From Caldilineae bacterium (GTDB lineage: Bacteria > Chloroflexota > Anaerolineae > Epilineales > Epilineaceae), in assembly GCA_020634625.1 (NCBI GenBank), contig JACKBJ010000001.1:217276-281275 (forward strand): 64,000 nucleotides of DNA, read 5' to 3'. The translations under genes were made by a program, and so were the position numbers. Numbering within the stretch: position 1 is the first letter of the stretch; every line of letters starts with the position of its first letter. The notes beneath the pieces are model-generated. The model was not told where the DNA came from. It did no database searches and worked only from the letters and a program-made list of their open reading frames with translations. Positions 27,638 through 35,004 of the stretch are shown here, piece after piece.

Positions 27638-29002
27638 CTAGCGACCCCGGAGCAGCAGCGGCAGCTGCAGCAGGATGCGTTCCGGCGGCGGTCCGTAGTA
27701 CCAGACGCCGGCGTCGCTGACCAGCCAGAGCCGGCCATCGGCGCCGGCGGCCAGGTCGAGGATGCGGGCGTCGGCCGGCAGGCCGATGGTGCCGCGGTCG
27801 TGAACCGACTCCCAGCCGCCGTCCAAGCGGCGGAGCGCGACCCCGCCCTCCGTCGAGGCGCACCACAACCCGTCGGCCTCGGGTCGCCACTCGGCCGCCA
27901 CCAGCCGCACATGGGCCGGGTCGTCCGCCGTCAAGGGCCCGTCGCCCAGGTCCTCGAGCAAGGCCCAGGTGGCGGCCCGGTCGTCCCAGACTGCCGAGAC
28001 GGTGCGCCAGGTCACCCCGTCGGGCAGCTGTTCCTCGACCCAGACAAGGGCCTGGGGGGCTCCGTCCGGCCGCTGGGTGGCCGTGCTCAGAAAGCCCGCG
28101 TTGCGCAGGCCGCCCGGTTCGGCGGGCGGTCCGAGAAGGGGATAGTCCTCGGCGCCGGGGCGCTCGGAGCGGCGGTGCAGCTGGGACCGCGCCAGGGCGA
28201 CCGCCGCCGAGGCCGTTCCGCGCGCATCGGGCAGGTAGATCGCCCGCAAGCCGAGCGCTTCGGCTTCCGGAACGTCGGCCAGGGCGACCGATCGACCCGC
28301 CACCGGGCCATCCGAGTCGAAAGCCTGCAGGCCGATGTCGACGCAGGTTCCCTGCTCGGCACAGCTCCGCTCGCTGCGAAACGGCACCCAGACGGCCTCG
28401 CCGTCGGCATCGAGCCCGGAGACCTCCGACCAGGTCAGCCGAAAGCCCTGGCCGTCGCGGTCCTGCGCCAGGACGCGCCAGGCGCTCCCGTCGTAGACCC
28501 GTGGTCCCAGCCAGATCCGCCCGCCCGCATCGACGGTCCAGATCTCGGCCAGACTGCCCGCCGCTCGGATCTCTCGGGCGCCGGCGGCGATCAGGTCCTG
28601 ACTGGCCCGGCTCAGCAGCGGTCGACCGTCCGGCGAGAAGGCCTGCAACCAGTCGAGGTTTCCGGAGCGCGAGCGCAGCCAGATCCGACCGTCGGCCGCC
28701 CGAGCCGCGTAGCGGGTGCCGATCGGGCTGCTCAGCCTCCGCCACGCGTAGGATCCTTCGGTCTGTGTCGTCCGAGCTGGCCCTGCTACCGTCGCGGACT
28801 GGCCGTGACCGAACACGATCCGGCTCTCGGCGGGGCCGGGACGCTCGCGCAGGCGATGCGGCTCGTCGGGTCGCGCGAGGATCGGGCGCGGGCCACTGAC
28901 CGCGCCGATGGCGATGGCGATGGCCAGGGCCACCGCGAACGCAACCCGCTTCGGCCATCCCGAAGCGCGGCCAGCCGAAGGGACCGCGCCGGGCCGGCGC
29001 AT
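27638..29002 (-). CDS. Secreted propeller-like repeat protein, paralogue of the C-terminal half of the upstream gene
   Basis: ATG 29002 overlaps the upstream stop (ATGA). Anchor VAFAVALAIAIAIGAV. G(R)(I/L)W(L/I)G-type repeats. Ends LQLPLLLRGR. Confidence 0.7.
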   Translation of the reverse strand: MRRPGAVPSAGRASGWPKRVAFAVALAIAIAIGAVSGPRPILARPDEPHRLRERPGPAESRIVFGHGQSATVAGPARTTQTEGSYAWRRLSSPIGTRYAARAADGRIWLRSRSGNLDWLQAFSPDGRPLLSRASQDLIAAGAREIRAAGSLAEIWTVDAGGRIWLGPRVYDGSAWRVLAQDRDGQGFRLTWSEVSGLDADGEAVWVPFRSERSCAEQGTCVDIGLQAFDSDGPVAGRSVALADVPEAEALGLRAIYLPDARGTASAAVALARSQLHRRSERPGAEDYPLLGPPAEPGGLRNAGFLSTATQRPDGAPQALVWVEEQLPDGVTWRTVSAVWDDRAATWALLEDLGDGPLTADDPAHVRLVAAEWRPEADGLWCASTEGGVALRRLDGGWESVHDRGTIGLPADARILDLAAGADGRLWLVSDAGVWYYGPPPERILLQLPLLLRGR

Positions 29003-31812
29003 CACCGACGCCGCTGGACCAGGAAGGGCAGCGTGATCTCGAATCCGGGCTCGATCGCCCCGCCGACATAGCGATACAGCCCATCGACGGTCGCGATCAG
29101 CAGCTCGTTGGCCGCGGTGCAGGCCAGGGCCCCCACGGGCGCCGCCGGCAGCGGCGTCAAGCCGGGTCGCAGCCGCTCGCCGAAGGCCTGGCCATCCCAG
29201 CGCGCGACGATGCCGCGCTCGGTGCCCAGCCAGAGCCCACCGTCCGGGCACCAGGCCGCCGCGCGAATCTGATCCAGCGATGGATCGAGCGGGCTGCCGG
29301 GCAGACCGGGTCCCGCCAGAGCTTGAGGAGGCAGCCAGTCGCCGCTGGCCGGGACCCAGGTGTTCATCCGCAGCTCCGGCACCACCCGGTCGCCGGCACG
29401 CGACTGGATCTCGAGCCAGGTGAAGGCCACCGGTCGACCGAACGCGTCACGCCCCGCCGCCGTCGCATAGCCCGCGTTGCGCAGCTGGGTCGGATCGGCC
29501 GGCTGGCCGAGGCCGGGGTAGTCAATCGGCCGGGGGTCTGGCAGCGCGTAGAGGGCGTTGGCATCGATCACGAAGGCGTCCGGATTGCCCTGCGCGGGCG
29601 AATCCGGCCGCCCACCACTGGTCTCGGCGCCCGGCGTGTCCAGGACGACGCTCGGGCCGCCGCCTGGCGAGCCGAGCAGGGCCGCGTCCCGAAGCGCCCC
29701 GCGGCCCTCCGGCCTCGCCGGCGCCAGATCGATTCCCAGCCCGAGCCGGCCTCGCTCGTCGAAGGCGATCAGGCTGGTCATGGCGCAAGCGCCGGGCCGG
29801 CCGCAGTCCACCTCGGCCCGTCGCGGGACCCAGGCGCGTCCGGCGCGGTCCAGGAGGACCCGGTCCAGCAGCTGCATGCCGCCGTCCGGCGCGGCCTGGT
29901 CGCGTGCGAGCACGCGCAATCCGGTCGCCTCGAGATACCGCGCGCCGATCCAGAGCCGGCCGGCCGGATCGATCGACCAGAGCCCGGGCAAGGACCCGGC
30001 GCGGCGCGCGAGGGCGGCCGCGCGCTCGAACAGGTCGGCCAGCCCTTCGAAGGCCTGCGTGGATCCGTCCGGAGCGATCCGGACGATGCGTTCGCGGCCC
30101 GCGCGTCCCCGCAGGCGCAGCCAGATGGTGCCGTCCGTCCCCTGTCCGAGGGCCAGGACCTGCACGTCCGGACCAACACCGCGCGCGTCGAAGGGTCGCG
30201 TGAAGCCCCCGGATGGGTCGAAGATCGAGTCCGTGGCGGTCGGGCTGGGCCGCGGGGGCGGCAAGGGTTCGTCGGTCGCAGCTGGCTCGGGCGTGGCGGG
30301 CTGACGGCTGTCCGGGAGGCCCGAGAAGATCAGGGCCGCGTGGAGGACCTCGGCCAGGGCGGTCGTCGGCGCCGCTGAATAGGCGGCGATGGCCGGGCTG
30401 CCGCTCGTGCCATCGGCCAGGAAGCCGAGCGTCGCGACCGGGCCATTGGCGCGGATGCGCATCCAGCCCGTGAACCCCTCGCCGGCAGACGCGAATTGGT
30501 CATCCTCGAGATCGATCGCGACGAAGCCACGGGCCGCCACACGGGTTTGCAGGCTGGCGATCGGCTTCTCGCCACCGCCGGCGGCAAAGAGCTCGAGCGA
30601 GACGCTCGCCAGCGCTCCGCCGCCTTGGATCGTCAGCCAGCTGGCGCGACCGGGTTGGCCGCGCCAGACGATCGGCAGCACCGCGTCCTGGGCCGGCTCG
30701 ACCGCGGCATAGGCGGCGCCGGCCTTGACCTGCGGCCAGCGCAGCGCGACCAGCGCGGCTAGCGTGTCGGTCGCCCCTGCGACGCCGGCATGCGCGCCCT
30801 GACCGAGGTCGGTCAGATCGTCCAGGTCGAGGCGGACCGCGCGCCCGGCCTCCAGATCGCCCAGCGCAGCCTGGGACGCCGGCTGCCCGTCGGCATCGAA
30901 CAGGCTCAGCTGCAGCCGCTTGGCCGATGCGGCGCTGGCCTGAAGCATCAGAGCCGCCGTGCCGGGACCGATGACCCGCCGCAGCGCGACCGGCGCCGTC
31001 AGCGCCTGCTTGGGCAGCTCGGGCAGCATCGCCGCCGCTGCGCCGCCGCCAAGGCCGGCCGATCCGGGGTAGAGCAACGGGCCGTAGCCCGAGCCGTCCA
31101 GACCCGCTCGCGAGAAGGCCACCGAGAGCAGGCGGCCCTCGGACTCGATCCATGCCGAGCCCCGCTGTCCCGGGGCGAGGCCCGGCAGGGTCTCCAGGCG
31201 CCAGAGCGTGGTCTGACCCGGCGAGAGCCTGCGGCTGCAGGCCTCGCCACAGCCGCGCAGCTCCTGGCCCTGCTCGTCGAACAGGCGCAGCTGGAGCCGG
31301 GCCGGCGCGTCGCCGAGAAGGCGCGCCAGGATGCGGCTCGCGTCGGCGTCGCTTCGCGGCAGGGTCCAGGCCGGCAAGAGGCTCGACGCGGAGGCCGCGG
31401 CCTCGGGCTGCGCCAGCAGCGTCGCCGGGTGCCCCGAGCCGTCCCAGTCGCTCAGCGCGAGCGCCGCCACCGGTCCACCGCTGGCCTGCACCGTCGCCGA
31501 TAGCGCGCAGTCCGAGGGTAGCCCGGAGCTGCCACCAGGTCCGGTGTCGAAAAATCCGATGGCGCCGGGCTCGAGCACTCGGCCGTCACGCCAGGCCGGG
31601 ATCCGCGGATCGCATGCGCCAACGACCGGCGAGAAGCTCACGGCGACGTCCACCGGCGCCGCGTTCGGGTTGGTCACGACCAAGAACGCTTGCGGCGCGG
31701 TCTGGTCGGGCCCGGCGCTCGGCGCGCGCAGTCCGCCCTGGCGCATCAGGGCGGCCAGGACCAGCACAGCGATCAGCGCCAACGCGGCAAGCAGCGATCT
31801 CGAGCCGGACAT
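29002..31812 (-). CDS. Secreted protein: four ~100-aa beta-sandwich-like repeats, P-rich linker, propeller-like C-terminal half
   Basis: ATG 31812, 6 nt after an AGGAGG; ATG 31818 lies too close to that element. Signal LLAALALIAVLVLAAL. Ends ITLPFLVQRRR. Confidence 0.7.
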   Translation of the reverse strand: MSGSRSLLAALALIAVLVLAALMRQGGLRAPSAGPDQTAPQAFLVVTNPNAAPVDVAVSFSPVVGACDPRIPAWRDGRVLEPGAIGFFDTGPGGSSGLPSDCALSATVQASGGPVAALALSDWDGSGHPATLLAQPEAAASASSLLPAWTLPRSDADASRILARLLGDAPARLQLRLFDEQGQELRGCGEACSRRLSPGQTTLWRLETLPGLAPGQRGSAWIESEGRLLSVAFSRAGLDGSGYGPLLYPGSAGLGGGAAAAMLPELPKQALTAPVALRRVIGPGTAALMLQASAASAKRLQLSLFDADGQPASQAALGDLEAGRAVRLDLDDLTDLGQGAHAGVAGATDTLAALVALRWPQVKAGAAYAAVEPAQDAVLPIVWRGQPGRASWLTIQGGGALASVSLELFAAGGGEKPIASLQTRVAARGFVAIDLEDDQFASAGEGFTGWMRIRANGPVATLGFLADGTSGSPAIAAYSAAPTTALAEVLHAALIFSGLPDSRQPATPEPAATDEPLPPPRPSPTATDSIFDPSGGFTRPFDARGVGPDVQVLALGQGTDGTIWLRLRGRAGRERIVRIAPDGSTQAFEGLADLFERAAALARRAGSLPGLWSIDPAGRLWIGARYLEATGLRVLARDQAAPDGGMQLLDRVLLDRAGRAWVPRRAEVDCGRPGACAMTSLIAFDERGRLGLGIDLAPARPEGRGALRDAALLGSPGGGPSVVLDTPGAETSGGRPDSPAQGNPDAFVIDANALYALPDPRPIDYPGLGQPADPTQLRNAGYATAAGRDAFGRPVAFTWLEIQSRAGDRVVPELRMNTWVPASGDWLPPQALAGPGLPGSPLDPSLDQIRAAAWCPDGGLWLGTERGIVARWDGQAFGERLRPGLTPLPAAPVGALACTAANELLIATVDGLYRYVGGAIEPGFEITLPFLVQRRR

Positions 31813-31961
31813 GCCCATCCTCCTACGCCGATCGGCTTTCGCGACCGGCACGCGCATTGCGGGGCCCGAAGCCCTCGCTTGAGAACGCCAGCAGGCGCTC
31901 GCCGTTACGGCTGGCAACGCGCGCGACCCGGAACCGAGCGCGAGCCCCTGCCAAGCCCACG

Positions 31962-31990
31962 TTGACCTTGGCTTGCGGCCAGCATATGCT
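31962..31990 (+). promoter_or_regulatory. Putative sigma70-like promoter TTGACC-17 nt-TATGCT upstream of the solA-like gene
   Basis: Hexamers and spacing read directly. GGGAG Shine-Dalgarno 4-5 nt before ATG 32041. Confidence 0.5.
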
Positions 31991-32040
31991 CAGCCGTCGC
32001 CGTTCGCAAACCCGGCGACGCCTGTCCACCCGGGAGCCCC

Positions 32041-33207
32041 ATGGTCATGTCCAGCCGCCGACCGATCATCGACCAGGCCGAGGTGATCGTCATCGGCCTG
32101 GGCGGCGTCGGTGCGTTCGCCTTGCGTGCGTTGAGCCAGATCGGCGTCGATGCCCTGGGGCTCGAGCGCTTCGCGCCCGGCCATGACCGTGGATCGAGTC
32201 ACGGCGGCACGCGCGTCTTTCGCCATGCCTACTTCGAACACCCCGACTACGTGCCCCTGTTGCGCTTCTCGAGCGACGATTTCGGGCACCTGGAGGCTTC
32301 GCGTGGGACTGCCCTGCTGCAGCGCTGCGGTTGCCTCCTGCTCGGACCGCACGACGGCGCGATGATCGAAGGCGCGGCGGATGCCGCATCCCAGCATGGG
32401 CTGGCGGTGGAGCGGCTCGGCGTCGAGATGCTGCGCCGGCGCTACCCACAGTTTGCGCTGCCGCGGGGCTGGGCGGGGCTTCACGAGGCCGACGCCGGTT
32501 TCGTCAGACCCGAGGCGGCAATCCGGGCTGCGTTGGACGAAGCGGTCGACCGAGGCGCGCGACTTCGCATCGAGCAATCGGCAGCCGCCTGGCGCGAGAC
32601 CGAAGGGGGGGTCGAGGTGGAAACCGCGGCCGGCCTGCTGCGCTGCGACCGGCTGGTCGTGGCGGCGGGCGCGTGGACCGGCGCGCTGCTGCCGGCGCTC
32701 CGAGCGCAGCTGCGGGTGACGCGCCAGATCCAGACTTGGGTCGAGGCGGACGATCCCGAGTCGATCGATTGTCGGGACTTGCCGGCCTGGGTGCTGGCCC
32801 GCGAAGAGGGACCGGCGCTCTACGGGATTCCGGCCGATCCGCTCGCGCCGGGGAAGCCGCGCATGAAGCTCGGCCTGCACGGTCGGGACGATCCGGTCGA
32901 TCCGGATCGGGTGCCTCGATCGGTCGGTCGGGCCGAGCTGGAGGAGCTGGAGTCCCTGCGCGCCCGGTGGCTGCCCCGGCTCTCCGGTCCCATCCGCGCG
33001 GCCAAGGTCTGCCTCTACACCAGCAGCCCAGACGCCCAGCTGATCGTCGACCGCCTTCCGGGCTCGCGGCGTGTCGTTCTCGGGGCCGGCCTGTCGGGAC
33101 ACGGATTCAAGCTCTGCCCCGCCCTCGGCCGGATCCTGGCCGAGCTCGCGATCCGGGGCAGGAGCCCGCTGCCCGCGGACTTTCTCGGCCTGTCTCGCTT
33201 CGGCTAG
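32041..33207 (+). CDS. solA: FAD-dependent N-methyl-L-tryptophan / sarcosine oxidase (monomeric MSOX/MTOX family)
   Basis: VIVIGLGGVG dinucleotide fold, GSSHGGTRVFRHAY, covalent-FAD Cys context VCLYTSSPD, GLSGHGFK. Confidence 0.85.
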   Translation: MVMSSRRPIIDQAEVIVIGLGGVGAFALRALSQIGVDALGLERFAPGHDRGSSHGGTRVFRHAYFEHPDYVPLLRFSSDDFGHLEASRGTALLQRCGCLLLGPHDGAMIEGAADAASQHGLAVERLGVEMLRRRYPQFALPRGWAGLHEADAGFVRPEAAIRAALDEAVDRGARLRIEQSAAAWRETEGGVEVETAAGLLRCDRLVVAAGAWTGALLPALRAQLRVTRQIQTWVEADDPESIDCRDLPAWVLAREEGPALYGIPADPLAPGKPRMKLGLHGRDDPVDPDRVPRSVGRAELEELESLRARWLPRLSGPIRAAKVCLYTSSPDAQLIVDRLPGSRRVVLGAGLSGHGFKLCPALGRILAELAIRGRSPLPADFLGLSRFG

Positions 33208-33275
33208 CCGCGGGCAGGCGAGGCCCGCGCGCCCGGTAGGCGGGCGGGGCCGCGAGACTCCGTCGATGGGCAGTC

Positions 33276-33281
33276 TATAAT
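33276..33281 (+). promoter_or_regulatory. Perfect TATAAT -10 hexamer 70 nt upstream of the GT2 gene
   Basis: A TATAAT in an otherwise very GC-rich intergenic region. No convincing -35 element. Confidence 0.3.
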
Positions 33282-33350
33282 GGGTCGGTCGTCGGCAAGC
33301 GCGGCGCCGATACCGGTCGCCATCCCGCACCAACCCAACTCGAGCGTGTC

Positions 33351-34397
33351 ATGTCAGCCAACCCGCAGCTGTCGGTCGTCGTGCCGATGTACAACGAGTC
33401 GGAGAACGTCGAGACCTTCTACGCACGCACGCGCGCCGTGCTCGACGCGCTCGGTCTGAGCTGGGAGATCGTTTGCGTCGACGACGGGAGCCGCGACGAC
33501 ACCTTGACCCGGCTGATCGCGCTGCAGCGGGCCGATCCGCGCATCAAGGTGCTCGAGCTCTCGCGCAACTTCGGCAAGGAGATCGCGCTGACGGCCGGCA
33601 TCGACGCGGCGATCGGCGACGCCGTCGTCCCGATCGACGCCGACCTTCAGGATCCTCCGGAGCTGATCGGCGAGATGGTGGCGCGCTGGCGCGAGGGCTA
33701 CGACATCGTCTACGCCACCCGCATCGAGCGTGAAGGCGAGTCCTGGCTGAAGCGCACCACCGCCACGGGCTTCTATCAGCTGATGACGCGGCTGGCCGAC
33801 GTGGACATGCCGGCCAACACCGGCGACTTCCGGCTCATGTCGCGCCAGACCGTCGACGCGCTCAAGTTGCTTCGCGAGCGCAACCGCTTCATGAAGGGCA
33901 TCTTCGCCTGGGTCGGCTACCGCCAGTACCGGCTGGAGTATCGCCGGGAGCCTCGCCATGCCGGCAGCAGCAAGTGGAGCTGGTGGCGGTTGCTGCGCCT
34001 CGCGATCGAAGGCTTCACCTCGTTCAGCACCGCGCCGCTGCAGCTGGCGACCTGGCTGGGTCTGGCGGTCAGCGCCATGGCCTTTGCGTATGCCGTGCAC
34101 CGCATCGTCTACACCCTGGTCACCGGCATCGACGTGCCCGGCTACGCTTCGCTCCTGGTCACGATCCTGTTTCTGGGCGGTGTCCAGCTGATCACGCTGG
34201 GCATCATCGGCGAGTACGTCGGGCGCATCTACCAAGAGGTCAAGCAGCGGCCGCTGTACCTCGTGCGCGCCGTGCACGAGGGAGCGACCCGACCGACGGA
34301 CGGCGCCGCGGAGCCCGCCTCGGATAGCGCACGGGCATCGGAGCCCCGCCCCGCGAGCGCCGACACCGCGGCGACGCGCCGCTCCGCCCTGGATTGA
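33351..34397 (+). CDS. GT2 polyprenyl-phosphate glycosyltransferase (GtrB/ArnC/DPM1-like) with two C-terminal TM helices
   Basis: LSVVVPMYNE, VCVDDGSRD, DADLQDPPE and RNRFMKG motifs. Hydrophobic helices near the C-terminus. Confidence 0.9.
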   Translation: MSANPQLSVVVPMYNESENVETFYARTRAVLDALGLSWEIVCVDDGSRDDTLTRLIALQRADPRIKVLELSRNFGKEIALTAGIDAAIGDAVVPIDADLQDPPELIGEMVARWREGYDIVYATRIEREGESWLKRTTATGFYQLMTRLADVDMPANTGDFRLMSRQTVDALKLLRERNRFMKGIFAWVGYRQYRLEYRREPRHAGSSKWSWWRLLRLAIEGFTSFSTAPLQLATWLGLAVSAMAFAYAVHRIVYTLVTGIDVPGYASLLVTILFLGGVQLITLGIIGEYVGRIYQEVKQRPLYLVRAVHEGATRPTDGAAEPASDSARASEPRPASADTAATRRSALD

Positions 34398-34401
34398 GGC
34401 G

Positions 34402-34869
34402 ATGCGGATCCACCTGCTGGCGATCGGAACGGGCATGCCGGCATGGCTGCGCGAAGGCTACGCGGACTATGCCGGACGGCTGCGCGCCGGCGCTCGGCTC
34501 GAGCTGATCGAGATCCCCGCCGAACGCCGCGCCAAGGGGGCGGACCTGTCCCGGATCCGCGAGATCGAAGGACAGCGCCTGCTGCAGGCCGTGCCCGCCG
34601 GCAGCCGCATCGTTGCCTTGGACGCCGCCGGGCGACAGTGGAGCACGGAAGCGCTGGCAGAGGCGATGGCCGGTTGGCTGCAGGACGGCCGCGACCTGGC
34701 GCTCCTGATCGGCGGACCCGAAGGCCTGTCGACGGCCTGCCTCGCGGCGGCCGAATGGCGCTGGTCCCTATCGAAGCTGACCTTCCCTCACCCGCTGGTG
34801 CGGCTCCTGGTCGCCGAGCAGCTGTACCGCGGCTGGTCCATTCTGCAGGCCCATCCCTATCATCGCTAG
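34402..34869 (+). CDS. rlmH: 23S rRNA (pseudouridine1915-N3)-methyltransferase
   Basis: 155 aa SPOUT protein. LLIGGPEGL and HPLVRLLVAEQLYRGWSI..HPYHR terminus. Confidence 0.95.
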   Translation: MRIHLLAIGTGMPAWLREGYADYAGRLRAGARLELIEIPAERRAKGADLSRIREIEGQRLLQAVPAGSRIVALDAAGRQWSTEALAEAMAGWLQDGRDLALLIGGPEGLSTACLAAAEWRWSLSKLTFPHPLVRLLVAEQLYRGWSILQAHPYHR

Positions 34870-34917
34870 GCGCCGAGCCCGTTTGCAGGCCGACTGAAGG
34901 GCGGGCTGGGATACCGG

Positions 34918-34955
34918 CACGGCGTGCCCCGAGCCGGGGCTCGGGGCACGCCGTG
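34918..34955. terminator. Perfect 18-bp-stem hairpin between convergent rlmH and the beta-helix gene
   Basis: CACGGCGTGCCCCGAGCC-GG-GGCTCGGGGCACGCCGTG. No U-tract on either strand. Confidence 0.5.
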
Positions 34956-35004
34956 TGCGCGTCTCCGTGTTGGCGCGTCAAGGCCTCGCGACGCCGCCTC
35001 TGGG

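Noticed and set aside
25018-27912. 964-aa minus-strand ORF opposite the 851-aa orphan
   Set aside because: It is Arg/Ala/Gly/Val-rich and motif-free, and it runs through the stop of the convergent 27638 gene. The plus-strand frame has a balanced composition and a signal peptide, so the plus strand was preferred. This remains the weakest strand call in the window.
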